This document shows, in pieces, positions 1-14,287 of a stretch of 64,000 bases of DNA. The stretch lies in assembly GCA_951406725.2 (NCBI GenBank), contig OX597828.1:31992001-32056000 (forward strand), written 5' to 3'. Positions within the stretch are counted from its first letter, which is position 1. Each line of letters begins with the position of its first letter. The notes beneath the pieces are model-generated. The model was not told the DNA's origin. It saw nothing but the letters and a program-made list of their open reading frames with translations, and made no database searches. The translations under genes and the position numbers were made by a program. This DNA comes from Octopus vulgaris. Its lineage: Eukaryota.

Positions 1-1457
1 GATAACAATTTATATTTCCTTGGCGCTTGTTGTCTTGGGAGATTTTGACACATAAAAGGGAAAAAACAATGGCCATTAATTCACATATTATGTAACATAA
101 ATTCAGAATTATTTTGCACTTAATCGCTCCGAAATAAATAATTTAAATAAATATATTCATTTATCAAAGCAAAGTAACTAAACGTCAATGATTACTTCGG
201 TTGCTGCTTTAATGCAAAAAAAAATTAAAAAATAAGAAACAATCGTATCCAATCTTGAGACATGATTGTTCCATGATTGTTTACATTTTAGAGAATCAAA
301 ATACAAATAAAGGAATCTAAAGTAGATAAAATATCAATTTGTCTAATTTACAATTAAATCTTATAATTTGTTGAAAAATCAGTTTAACTTTACGTTATTT
401 AGTTAACGTTCTTATTATTTTTTTAATTATACTCATAGCTGATTTAGTTTTCCAGAATAACATTGCTTGCTAATATATTTAAGCTCACTTGGAGAAATCA
501 ATCTACGTTATTTCGTTTGTTTGTTTGTTTTTTGTGTTCTATTTTTTTCTTTTTGTGAAAAATATTTGTTGTTTTCAATTACAATGCTTAATGAACTTGA
601 ATTACAAAAATGTAAAAAGTGATTTTGCTATTGTAATTTCTTTAATAAAACATTAATCCTTCAAAAATTCCAAGTCATTTTTTTCTCTATTTTAAATTCC
701 AAAGAGAGTGTTGCTTCTGGCTATGCTAATGTTCAATCGATACTTTATCTGTTTCTTTACTAATCATATTTGAGATTGCTGCACAACTATTTTAGTGTAC
801 ATATTGAACTGCATGTAAATTAAACAGTTGTTGCAGGTATAGAATGGAAGCAGGTTTAGAAATCAAAGTTTTAAGAAATAATTTTAATCAGTATTTGTTT
901 AAATTCCGATAAAGTAGGGAATACAATAACTGCATTTCCAATGGTTGAAATTTACAAGATCATTTTTTAAAGTAATTATTTTTATTTCGTTTGTCTTGGT
1001 AGGAAACTTTATCATGAGACTTGTACAATTATTTAATTTTTTTTTTAGAGTGAAATATTGTAAAACTAATTAATTCAGAGAAATATCCCAAACTGAATGA
1101 TATTGTTCCTGAGATGTTGCAATGAACGTGTTATGCGAAGGAATTCTCGAATCGAAGTATCTACAAACGCTTTTATTACTGTATTAAGATATCGGAAAAT
1201 AATTATTACGATTATGAACTGTGGTCCCAATGATACACACAAACACAGATATGAACACGCATATATATATATGTTTGTGTGTGTGTGTGTGCGTGTATGT
1301 ACGTGTGTGCATGTGTGTATAGTTTTCCTTCATGTGCATTAGAACGTTTTAGCTCTTATTTTTAGCAATGTAAGTGTTTTCTGATACACTAGTCGCATTT
1401 AGTGACATTTGTAATTCTCCTTTTTGGTGAAACGTTGCAAACAGCTGTTCACATTTA

Positions 1458-1459
<2 letters not shown>

Positions 1460-1527
<68 letters not shown>

Positions 1528-1541
1528 CATTATTATTATTA
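1460..1541. repeat. (TTA)n trinucleotide microsatellite
   Basis: Near-perfect TTA run; explains the poly-I and poly-N ORFs. Confidence 0.97.
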
Positions 1542-1834
1542 TATATACATATATATGTAAGTATGTATATATGCACCCATACGCATGTACAAGTATGTGT
1601 AAATATGTATACAATTATGTACGCATGTATAAATCTTTCGCTCAGAGAAAAAAATTTAAACGATCCTCATTGCATGCACTAAAGTGGATACTTTTATTAA
1701 AGTTACTAGACGACAATTTTAGTTTTAATTATGATGTCATGCTATTTGAAACAATATATTAGGCAACTACAGAAAGAGTATTATACAAGTTGATTAAATC
1801 ATAATATTTTAATAATATTGTTATCATAGCATAA

Positions 1835-2035
1835 AGGCGATACTCTGGCGGAATCGTCAGCATGATGGACGAAATGCCCATCGCTACATTCTAAATTCAA
1901 ATTCTGCGATGTCGACTTCGCCTTTCATCCGTACGGAGTCAATAAAATAAGTACCAGTTGAACACTGTGGTCGATGTAATCGATTCACCCCCGCCAACCC
2001 CAAGCTGCCATTCAGGCAAGAATTTGGAATAATTA
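1835..2035 (+). mobile_element. tRNA-derived SINE, family A, diverged copy
   Basis: Head TGGCGGAATCGTCAGC, B-box-like ATTCAAATTC and central GCCTTTCATCC..TAAAATAAGTACCAGTTG..GGTCGATGTAATCGA, shared with copies at 16.2, 26.0 and 59.6-60.1 kb. Confidence 0.85.
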
Positions 2036-2640
2036 TTATCATAACATGCTTTTCAATTTATATGTGTCAAGAAATGAGCACATTTTTCCAAGGAGTGGTA
2101 TAGTAGATAATATCGTGTGGAAAATATTGCTAGTATTCCATTTGTTGACGATAAAATATAAAGATATTATCAAAAGCGAAAATGAAACCATAGGATTACC
2201 TAAATAATCATAATCGATTACTGCAGTAAGAGTTATTACTCTGTTAACGAAATTTAAGTCTAGGACTTTTAATCACGGTTATAGCTCACTGTTCTCATTT
2301 TTTTTCAATTTCCCTCACAAGTTCCTCTAACAAATACTGACTAGTTTTGCTATTATATTGAGCTATAGTTATCCCATGTCATTTAGCTCTGAGAAAGCTG
2401 GTATCTTAAGCATTCTTCAACATTTGCTATCATATAATAGTCGTTTAGCATCCTTGAAGTCAGTGTTTCCCTTGCAAGATATAGCAGCTGAATTCCCGTC
2501 ACAGTTTAACCTAGAGTTTTGAAAATGAAGGAATGCAATTCAGTGCACAATGTAGTGTTAAAAATATAAAATCTCGAAATGAACGTGTCTGAAGCTTTCT
2601 GTTCGGTCAAGTCTGATTTGAGATTTCTCTTCTGTCAATA

Positions 2641-2693
2641 TGAGATTCACTAGGACATGAGATTCACTAGGATATCAGATTCACTAAGGACAT
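2641..2693. repeat. 17-bp minisatellite x3 (TGAGATTCACTAGGACA)
   Basis: Three adjacent imperfect copies are directly visible. Confidence 0.9.
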
Positions 2694-3442
2694 GTGAGTA
2701 GTTTATATTTGTCTATCAATGGTAACACATTACATTTCCAATATATAATAAATGAATCTGAAATATGCAAAAAAGTGTTTCAAGGTGAAAGGTTGTAATT
2801 GCTTATTAATTCTTCTATGAAATGTTAACATTTAAATTCATGCGAAATTATGTTTCCTTAATTCAGGTAATAAATGTGACATTGCGACTCTTCTTTCTAC
2901 TTAGATAATATACACACTATGTATACGAGAATATAAAAAGTACTATTCGCGTAGAGAGTAGAGAATTATACATCAAAATGAAGCAGGACGAATGTCTAAT
3001 CGTGTAATTTTTGGTTCCTCTCAAATTCAATTCAAATACATTTTATTCATAAAACACAATCTCTTTTAGTTCTGAATTTTTGTAGATTGACAAGCCAAAA
3101 TCTTATTAAAATCTCTACGGATGATATTTTGAATTTCATATTTCGCTAGGAACAATGAATGAAAATATTATGAGGGAAACATTAGTGGATGAAAAGCAAT
3201 AAAATCAACGTGAACAAGTTTTTAGACATTATTCTTAAATAGCGACGTGTCAAGATACACTGGGTCCATTACACGTAGGACATTGTGCATACGTTTACAT
3301 GCAAACACACAAAAACGTACACAGAACTAAAAATGTTTGCATATATAAGAAATACGTATAATGCAGATATAACTCTATGAATATGTATCATATATGACTG
3401 TATGTATACATAAACATAATAAATCCCCATATATATTTGTGT

Positions 3443-3443
3443 G

Positions 3444-3477
<34 letters not shown>

Positions 3478-3536
3478 ATACATACACGCACGTACTCACA
3501 CACACAAACACACACACACACACACATACATACACA

Positions 3537-3610
<74 letters not shown>
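3443..3610. repeat. Compound (TA)n/(CA)n microsatellite
   Basis: Directly visible. Confidence 0.95.
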
Positions 3611-3611
<1 letters not shown>

Positions 3612-4860
3612 TAAATTGAGAAACACGAGTGTTATCAGCGGGTTTGGTTCCTTTATCCGAAAATTAATGCTGATAGTGATTAATACCATTGATATGGAAA
3701 TCTTAACCAATAATCGATAATCGATTTGTGTTGTTCCATTAATTTTCGGTGAAAGCATTAAATTAAGGTGCCATATCTAACCATTTGTGGTATTAAAAAG
3801 AACATCCTATGTTGCCCACGATAATGGAGCGGAATATTTACCTGAGAAACAACAGCGGTATTTTTATTGACATTGAACAGTACAATAGAAGATAAATACT
3901 TAAAACAGCACGTGTAAAACACATTAATCCTAAGAAACAAGTGATATTTTCAGCGTTTAAGAACAGATATTAAATACTCCGAAGGGTTGCATTTCAACAT
4001 ACGTCTTTGTGACAATGTAAGAGGTGATATACAAGCTTTTGGCGGTGTCCAAACGAATGGCAATTAATTTTTCGTTCTGTAGCGTATATATATATATCTT
4101 ATACAAATGGCAGTATGTTACAAAAATATGATTAGGTATCCACAGAAGACACACAAATGAAATATATTATTGGATTATATATAAAAATGATTGAAGGCAA
4201 TTTTAATCTAGTTGATTTGTTTACAAACTTAAAACTATATCCAGCATATTTCAGGGTTTATCTGCCACATGCTTGAATCAGTCAAGCATACATTTCTTAT
4301 ACCATTGTTCCACTTACATTATAACAGTGACGTTACTATGCCAAATAAATGAAACGGACAACTTTCAATTTGTACTATTAGTATTATGTGTCATTGATCT
4401 AAATTGAATTTTATCTCTTATCTTAAGATTCATTCCACTGCAATTTTTAGGCAGGAACTCTACCAAACACATCTACACATGGTACAACTACAGTACATAA
4501 TTCGGTGTAAATTGCGGATCATCAGCCGCTGCTAGCCAAGTTCCGAATGCCAGATCAATAATCAACGAATCCGATACAGCATAGTAGCGGCCTAACAGGC
4601 AGTGATGTGGCATAATTATAAACTATTAGTTACAGAAGCAACCTTTATAACAAATATTATTTAGCACATGAAACCTAAAGTGAAAGGGTTGTTCAGACCA
4701 CCATTGACTGCGGTAAGCGTCTCGCGAAGTTGTCTGATGTAGAATGCATATACTTCAAAGCACCGGCCGCTAAATCTACACTGACCAATGGCTCTGCTGT
4801 CTCACGGGATTTCCCAGCGAAACACAAACACACGTATATATACAGAAAAAAACATATATG

Positions 4861-4925
<65 letters not shown>

Positions 4926-4963
4926 TGTTTTCTTTTTCGATTCTTTTCTTTTTATTATATTCC

Positions 4964-5150
4964 TTGTTTCAATCATATGATTGCAGCCATGCTGGAACGC
5001 TACCTTTACTCGAATAAATCGCCCCCAGGAATTTTTATTTGTAAGCCTACCACTTATTCTATCGATTTCTTTTGCTGAATGACTAGATTACGGGGACGTA
5101 AAGACAGCAACATTTGTTGTCAAGTGATGGTGGGGGGATAAGCACAGACA
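4964..5150 (-). mobile_element. SINE family B, 3' half
   Basis: Reverse complement of the 3' part of the full copy at 24815-25244 (GCAGCCATGCTGGA..TTATTCTATCG..TTACGGGGACGTAAA..TTGTCAAG). Confidence 0.8.
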
Positions 5151-5189
5151 CACACACACAAATATATATACACAGGTTGTGTTTATATA

Positions 5190-5505
5190 TCTATTATATA
5201 AAATCCGTCCTCTCTCTGTGTGTGTCTTCTAGGATCTCGGACATCCTCCATCCAATTGCGTTCAAATTTGATATCTACAAACCGAGGGTATCAGGGAGTG
5301 TATGAATCTTGAAATTACAAAAATTGATTCCGGGTGAGAATGCGATCAATAAAGCCGTGGGTCCGTGCATTTGTACGCGCAAGTACATCAGCTGTTGCCA
5401 TCGATACTACGCGTACGCGACAAAATGCACGTGCAGCTTGCGCAAAAAAAGCCGGCTGGGTTGAAATAATGCCACGAAATGCAGTATATTTAAGAGACCC
5501 CAAAA
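5190..5505 (+). mobile_element. Possible non-autonomous Helitron 5' fragment
   Basis: Begins TCTATTATATAAAA followed by a CT/GT microsatellite and CCAATTGCGTTCAAATTTG, a layout resembling Helitron 5' ends; locally GC-richer. No 3' hairpin/CTRR end was identified. Confidence 0.35.
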
Positions 5506-5733
5506 TTAAGATGCAACAGAGATATTTTCTTCAAACTTTGCATGAAGGAAGGAAAGGCTATTGGGTTTCTCAAGAAGTTTTTGTTTTTCCTTAACTTTGT
5601 TTAACAAAACCAAACATCTTATTGAAATAAAGGCATACTTAATTATTTTTTAATGAAAAGAAAACACTGCTTTTTATTCAGCAGATATGATTCAACACAG
5701 TCCATTGGACGGTGGGGGGGGGCGTTTTGCTCA

Positions 5734-5770
<37 letters not shown>

Positions 5771-5774
<4 letters not shown>

Positions 5775-5920
5775 GGGAAGCTTTATGAAAATAAACCAAA
5801 GACGTAGCCAATTGTATTAGTATGGCGCTCAGGAATATAAATAAAACAAGTCTTTTACGTTTCGAGCGTACACCCCTCAACAGAAAGATACAGAGAAAAG
5901 AAACACGGAGAGAAACAATA
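5771..5920 (-). mobile_element. Penelope-like terminal (pLTR) fragment with hammerhead-like fold
   Basis: Abuts (TA)n; the minus strand contains TCTTT-CTGTTGA..GCTC-GAAACGTA-AAAGA. Confidence 0.55.
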
Positions 5921-8900
5921 TATTCTCAGAGACACACACATGCGCACATACACACAAACACACATAAATGCATACATATAAAATCATAAGTAAATAGATA
6001 GAGAGATATCCCAAAATCTTTTTTATTACAGGAAGAAGTGTCTATAATATGTTAAACTAAAAGATTTAACACGTATGACCTTTTTATGTGACTACACCAA
6101 TATGCTGTAAAGTGAAACTGCGTCTTGTATTGTGTATGATATTTCCTTTGCTATTGGTCGATTTTGTATAAGAGGTCTGCCTTAATTCTGCTTAATTGTA
6201 GGAACTCTGTAAGATTCCTGAATGGTGCATGTTAAAATTTCATCCCATTACAGCTTCATTATATATCCCTTCGAAGTTTATATGCTATTAACATTATTGT
6301 ATCGGGAAACGTCGTTTTTTTTACAGAATCATAATCGTTGCAATAATTTAGGTAGAAAAAAGAGTATTCTTGATATCAATCGGCTTTTCTTTTGATCCAA
6401 TAATTGCTGAGATTCCAGCTTCTCTACACAATATTGAAAAATATAACAATGGAGCATAGATAAACATTAGCATTAAAAGCATGCAATCATACATTTCTCA
6501 TTCTGCCGGTTCTCAACGGCAAGGAATTGACTATTATCTACCAAGTAATTAATATCCGTCCTTTAATGCACGGATGACATCAGAATATTCCGATTCCCCG
6601 TTTCCATAATAGAGATGAAATTATCTAAAAAGATTTCCAAGACATTCGTATTTCATTCATCGTGTGTTCCACCAAGTACTGATTAAAATCTTTGCAAGAC
6701 AACATGCAATAATCGGTTCAGCTGTGAACTTTGTAATTTCTATTCGCTGATAAATATAGATTTCTATATATAGTCAATCAAAACATTCGGGAGATTAGTG
6801 TGTTGCATAAAAATTAATAAAATACATCACTAATATAAATTGTAGTTGGTAAAACTCAACTTAAAAGAACTGTAACGTGCTGACGGCTGTGACATTCAAG
6901 ATATTTGTAGTTCTTTAAAGACAAAAAGGCCACATAGAATGCTATTTGTTTCTGATACAATAACAGTTACTCATTACTTCAAATGCTCGATCACATTTTA
7001 TAGCTGCAGGTGAATAAGGTGAAAATGCTAGCCAGGCTTAACAGACGACCTTTTCAAGTCAAGGTCATAGATGACCTTACGTCATCAACATTTCGGAGAC
7101 ACAATCTTTAACAAACTGAAGCACTCATGTTGGCCACTAGAATTACCCACAAAACCTTTTCTATATAAACCGTAACCGGATTATCCATTGAACTGATTCC
7201 GTATATTATATAGTTGTACGGCACGTATAAATATTTATCGCGTTTATGTTGTTGAAAAAGATTTACACGTTATCTGAATGAATCGGTTATATTTTATAGC
7301 TACTCATAACGCGAGGTGCTTCACGTTTTAACACAAATTTATGCTAGTCTATGAAAAATATTATGCAGTATTAATGTGTATAGTATGACAAATCATCTGT
7401 TAATAATATTAAAATTATGAATACTTTTAAAAAATTGAATTTAATTCATAATTGAATAGATAATGCATGATGGCATTCGATATCTGGACACAAAAATTGC
7501 TCGCAGATAACATCGCGCTAAAAGTTTACATACTTCGAACTTACGGTATATAACGAACTGAAAAAAATTATATCGATTAATATAGGATATATTTTTTACA
7601 GCAGTCTTACGATTTGTATAAAGGAAGGAACAGAAACATATTTGCTGAGACGAATATATTGGACTGTAAATTTGAAAGTATTTCTGTATCAGAGAAATGA
7701 AAGATGTTTAACAGGCTAAAATTACCAGTATTAGCTATTAAACGAAAACCACGAATATGAATCAGGGATTAGCTATAGCCGGGTATATACTGTGCTATTC
7801 GATGGTGTAATCAGTCTACAAATCGCCTTCAGCAACCTTCTAACCAACTTTAGAAATTGAAGTATTACTACTGCTTTCATAAAATACCCATAAAATATAT
7901 CGCAAAATCTTAATAGATGGAGATTTATGTAAGATTAAAGAAACATTATCGAAATTATTTCAATAGAGACCGGAAACCGATTGGATCTAAGAATTTCTAA
8001 AGATCCATGATGAAACTTCCTTTGATGTTGCAAACATCCAGGAAGAATTATGGAAACGAATATATTTGCCGCGATTGAAATCAGAATGTTTAAAGATAGT
8101 TATAATATTAGGATCTTACATAGACATAGGATCAGGAGGATATAATATTCAGTTCATTAAATTATATATTAACATACTTCAAACAAAGCTCGCTCTGATT
8201 GGTCATCTAAAGGATATTTGGAAAATGCTACTTGGTTGAAACTCCGCTAGGGAAATTCGGAAAAATAGCGATAACTCATAATTCCTTCTCAGCAGCTAAT
8301 ACAGAGAAACTGTATTATAAATATACATTGCATTACATGTACTCTGCTGGGTTATCGCTTTCTATGTTCATAATCAAAAGTATTCAGAATAAATATAGGA
8401 TTTAGTGTTCAAAATAAATTATAAGACTTAAACTTCATACTACTCTGTTTAAAACAGAGTTAGAAACAAATACATTTTATCTTTTATAATATTCAGAGGC
8501 GGTTAAGAGGCAAAACGGCACGGAATAAATTATTCAGGATTTGATATTGATAATTTTACTTCTGTTTGGTGTAATATGCACTAATCAATGAGTATACCTT
8601 TTTCTGTTCCTCAATAGACGCGTTACATCTTCACAATCGATCAATAAATAGCTTCAGGAAATAAAGGAATATCATATATTCCTGCTGGTAAAGCACGGAA
8701 CACCGAGCGAGTAATATTTGCAGCAAATATTGGGTGTGTATTTCAATACAAGACATCCGGCATTTAAATAAAACTATTCAAGTAATATTTCAAATATATT
8801 ACTTAGCTGTAGCAAACCCCGGTCACTACATGGATTATATTCATTTGTAAATTTGAAGCAGAGCCTTGCTAGAGCTTTTGATTTCTACCAGCTACTATAC

Positions 8901-9189
8901 ATCGTTAATATCAAGCTTATATTAGCGGTCATTTTCATCAACCACTAATTTCTGCTGCGTTGTGCTGAATGTATGCAGTCTGTCAGGTTTCTATTGCCAG
9001 ATCATTATTTCATGTAGTTAGTCCAGAAACGTCTTCCATGTCATTTTGTTATGCTTCCCTAAAAACCACCTCTCCCGATAATTATCGGATCTTACTGTAT
9101 CACATTTTATGTCCAGAAATACTATAGATTGTGGCCTTTATTCTCAACAATAGGAGTCTTTCAAACATATACGCACATATGTGTGTGTG

Positions 9190-10003
9190 TGTGTGTAAGA
9201 ACTTATTGTGGACAACTCTGCGTGGTATTCAATATAAACAAAAAATACACATTAAATACAGGACATCACCAGCGAGGGGAAAATACGTAGATACACGAGA
9301 GATAAGTACAGGAAAACATATCAAAAGAAAATAACTCCTTGTCAGTTATCGACAGCTTTACTACTCCCTATTTCGTGCGTTCAAAGACGAGATAGGAAAA
9401 CATAAGACAAAATCATCTACAATTTTGAATATATAAAAAATTGTGGTGAGATAGGACTTCGACCAAACAAGCAACAACAGAGCGGATGTACAAATAAGCA
9501 ATCCACGAAAAAAAATATTAAGGGCCATTAGGCCAAGATGAATTGCAGTGTGTAACGCCTGGGAGAAATTTTTTTAAATGATATGGAATAAACAGAAGAG
9601 AAACAATGGTGAGACACGAGAGGAATGGCCTGTAGTCATGTGTGAGCAACAAGCAGAGGGGACAAAAAAGAGGATGAGGGAAAGAAACAAAGTGAGTGAG
9701 GAGAAGGAAAAAAGAACGAAAAATAGTAGCGAGTGACAGAAAAACAGGCAGAGGACAGCAAGACATCAGGGGGAGAAACGAAAATATAAAGGATTATATA
9801 GGGATAGAGAGAAAGAAAGAAAACGGTGTGGAGTCACAGTGCTTATATATTAATGTAAGAACTTACTGTGCACGAGGCTGCGTGGCGGATTATTATAAAT
9901 AAATGAAAGAATACACGTTAAGTAGAGGTCATCACCAAAAAGTTACAAATATGTAAGCACACGGGTAATAAGTACAGAATAACATACTAAAAGAATATCA
10001 ACA
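9190..10003. repeat. Decayed repeat with diverged ~120-bp direct repeats (about 9218-9335 and 9878-10003), probably Penelope-like
   Basis: Shared CTGCGTGG..AATACAC..CATCACCA..ATAAGTACAG..AAAAGAA blocks around a purine-rich middle. Confidence 0.55.
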
Positions 10004-10462
10004 TTTTACGGTCGAATTTCAGAGATTTTTACGAACCTGACAATTGTCATTTTGCAATTTTCTACAACTAAAACTATTCTCTTCTATTTGTTTTGCTTGC
10101 AATCGAGCTTGTCAGATAAGGGAATTTGTTTGCCGTTTGGAGCATATTGGGTAACTTTGCAGATGCACTGTCATCAATTATTACGTATAATATAATTTTT
10201 TGTCATCGAAGGCACAACATTATACAGTTCTATATCGCAGTAATTTTTAGATAGTTACTGCGTATTAATTTAGAATAAGGTAACAAGCCTCAACGCATTT
10301 TCATTCTTATGAAGGAAATAAATTTCCCATCTCAAGAGTGATTATTGTAGTAATTTTGCTCATGTGAATAACTGAGAAGAGAATAGTGTTCATTGATATT
10401 TGACTCCAAATATTCATCTATGTAATGTTAAAATCATCATGAAGAATTGTAAAATAAATGAC

Positions 10463-10872
10463 TTTCCTTCGTAAATTTATTTTGTCCTTCATTCAAAGCA
10501 GTATTACGTTGTTCAGAAGGAACATATTTGGGTGTATTTAAATAAATAACTTCGAGTGTCCCGCCGTATGTCCATTATAGAAATGTTTGATGGTGCTAAA
10601 AGCGTATATTAAAATAAGTTGATTTGTTTGGTAAGTACTAAAATCTAAAGCGAGAATTGCATATCGTTTTCCTTCGTAAATTTATTTTGTTCTTCATTCA
10701 AAGCAGTATTACGTTGTTCAGAAGGAACATATTTGGGTGTATTTAAATAAATAACTTCGAGTGTCCCGCCGTATGTCCATTATAGAAATGTTTGATGGTG
10801 CTAAAAGCGTATATTAAAATAAGTTGATTTGTTTGGTAAGTACTAAAATCTAAAGCGAGAATTGCATATCGT
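10463..10872. repeat. 205-bp tandem duplication (10463-10667 / 10668-10872)
   Basis: Two adjacent copies; only one mismatch seen (GTCCTTC vs GTTCTTC). Confidence 0.97.
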
Positions 10873-12339
10873 AAAAGGCTATCGTAAAATCTATTACTTC
10901 GACTGATAAGAACAATTTTCTTATATGAGAAGCACGCTTTGTCTATAGGTGAAAATACAATACGAAATAAGACCTGTCATGAAACTAACAAATTTAACTT
11001 GAAGCCGATGCATTTCACTGATTCAATATTGAAGACACAGGATATTATTGTGTCTTTGGCAGAGAACGAAATCTTATTAAGATATATGGTATTTTCTTTT
11101 TCGGTTACATTATAGTCGTCTTCAGACAAGTGTGATCAGATGCAGTGTTTCAATGGTTTATTTAACACCAGTGTATTATAATATGTTTAAGCTGCAATAA
11201 TCACTAGTATAGTATTTTTAAAAGGAAATAAGATAGTATTTTGAAATTGTGCTGTATAGTTCCCAACACGATGCAATGAAGTATGTTCAAAGTGGATTGT
11301 AACTAACGAGAGTTGCATATTTGTAACCTAAACTATATTGACAATACAAAATAACTGTATTATTTCATATACCTTCTCTCTGAAATTACTCAATTATTAA
11401 AATATCGGAGTGTTACATGAATTTGGTGCTGCAGCGTAGAATCTGTCTTGTAATGTACCTTACAAAATTGATCATTAGATCATTATGGTATTGCGTGTTT
11501 CTCTATGTATACATATACATGCACGCGTGTATATATGTGTGAGTGTGTCCTTACGCGCCTGTGTTTATGTATGTATGCATACGTGAATACAAATGAGTGA
11601 ATAATGATTTTCTTTAGGGAATTCAGTTTTAGAATATCTAGTGCGCAATAAATTGTATATTGTAGTGGCATGACAAAATTCAAACGCGATCTAACACATC
11701 TCTGTGAAAGGCTATCCATCTCCCAGTTTAGGATATCCATATTTCTGCTGTTGGTGTTATTCCATTTTTTAAATCATCTTCCTGCCTGCAACATTCTATT
11801 TCTCCTCACCATTCTTCATCTCCTTCTTATTGTTCCGTGGCAATAGGAAAATTTCTGCTCATTGTAGGCGATGAACAGAGTGCTTCATTCATGGACACTC
11901 TAAATAGGGACAAGGTGGCGTGCATTTCCAGATACTTACCGCTATAATGAACTGCCGCAGAATCTACTCTTCAATAATTTCCAGTTCTGAACACATAGAT
12001 CAATTACATTGAATTGAATTCACCTCGAGTCGCATAAGGCCATGATGGCATAGGCATTATGTATTTCTTCGATCTAACGTAATCCAATCCACTTTTTGCT
12101 AGTGTTGAGATATTTTGATATGTTTTTTTGGAATAGACTTGAGAATCTATTATTACATATGTGTTATCCAGCCTAATATGTTCCGATATCTTTGTATATA
12201 TATTATGGCTTTGATCTAAATAGCCTATTTCTCTTGATGGAAGTGCTAACATTTTCAGAAGAATATTATACATATGGAAACACGTAACGTATAGAAGATC
12301 TTTAAATTTTCTCTTTCTCCAATATCTCCTATCATATGT

Positions 12340-12420
12340 GTAGATATATGTATGTATACATGTATGAATGTATTCTATATATATATATATATATTTATTT
12401 ATTTATTTATAAACATATGC

Positions 12421-12484
<64 letters not shown>

Positions 12485-12588
12485 ATAAACAAATATATAT
12501 ATATGTATACATAAACATATACATAAATATATGTATATGTATATATAAGCATATAAATATATATGCATGTATATACAAGCATATACAG

Positions 12589-12636
<48 letters not shown>

Positions 12637-12742
12637 GTAAACAAATACAGGTATATTTATATGTATATATAAGCATATTCATATATTTATATGTATATAT
12701 AAAGCACACACACACACAAATATATATATATATATATATATA
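12340..12742. repeat. Degenerate AT/CA/GT microsatellite field
   Basis: Directly visible. Confidence 0.93.
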
Positions 12743-13126
12743 ATGAATTCTGATAAAAAGATCACCTTACACCACCCGTTTTCAAATGCGCTACTAAAAG
12801 TTATATTTCCGTTTTCTTTTATGTTTGTATATTTTTTCATATCTTATATTGAATATGTTTTGCTTCAATTTTTAAAGACTTTCTAAATTGTATGATATTC
12901 CATTACAATTCCTCACGATCTCTCACTGAAACAACCAAAGCCACAGAAGCAATATAGGTCATTTAATGTTGTAAATTTTCGGATTCATTTCCGCAGATAG
13001 ATGCATTTCCGGTAGAGAACTTGTTAAAAATGCCAGTAGCACATGCGCATCTGTTGTGGGCGTTACTATTGAATTTATCATAGTCAGTTACTGTCTTTCC
13101 TGTGATTCTAATATAGCTTTTTAGTC

Positions 13127-13127
<1 letters not shown>

Positions 13128-13174
<47 letters not shown>

Positions 13175-13220
13175 ATATATATATGTACATACATATATAT
13201 ATATATATATGGATATGGAC

Positions 13221-13255
<35 letters not shown>

Positions 13256-13311
13256 TTTATTTGTATAATATATATATATATGTATGTAGGTATATATATA
13301 TATACATATAT

Positions 13312-13358
<47 letters not shown>

Positions 13359-13365
13359 TAGATAG

Positions 13366-13456
<91 letters not shown>

Positions 13457-13527
13457 TATATGTGTATGTATGTTCATATCTATGTTCATACATACATAAA
13501 AACATATATTTCTAGAAACAAATTTAA

Positions 13528-13620
<93 letters not shown>
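13128..13620. repeat. Long (AT)n microsatellite field
   Basis: Directly visible. Confidence 0.95.
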
Positions 13621-13621
<1 letters not shown>

Positions 13622-14287
13622 AAATACATGTGTGTGAGCACGTCCGAACATATGTATGCATTCATATAATTATGTGCATATTTATATTTTACACGATAAT
13701 GTTTATTCAAATATGGAAAGAACATCGCTGTAGATTCTCTCTGGGAATAGAAATTCTCGATAAACAAGAATAAACGCGACTATCGGGGTTTGGAAGGAGG
13801 TAACATGGTTTGCGAGTCATATTCTTGAACCGAATAATATCATGTCCCCTAAAAACTGCTGTTCTAGCAAGTATGCAATAGTTACCTTGTGCAATAGTCT
13901 GACAGGCTAGAACTGTATAAAATCTGAGCACTGACGGGAATAGCTAAATAAACCACGTACATACACACTCACACACACGTGCACACATATACAGACACAC
14001 AAACATGCACACACCCACACACACATAGTTAATAGGGACAGAAACATTGTTAATACCAGACGGTAATATTTATCCCCCACTTAAATTTTTATTGAACACA
14101 AAATATGCGGCCGTTACCATGAGGGAAACTCTCATATTGGATCAGGGTGCAAAAACGCACTCTTGTTTATATCGCTAGCGGAAGATGAATCACTCGCCAA
14201 CGCTAGCAGTAATATCATATAGACACAGAAATATCTAAAGACAATTGCACCGATAACTGTCTCAAAAGTGCAATAGTTCATAAACGA

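Noticed and set aside
7991-8238. ~80-codon open frame on the + strand without a start codon
   Set aside because: No recognisable motif or convincing splice donor; compatible with chance.
11095-11130. Minus-strand CTGAAGA...CGAAA hammerhead-like core
   Set aside because: No credible stem I, II or III.
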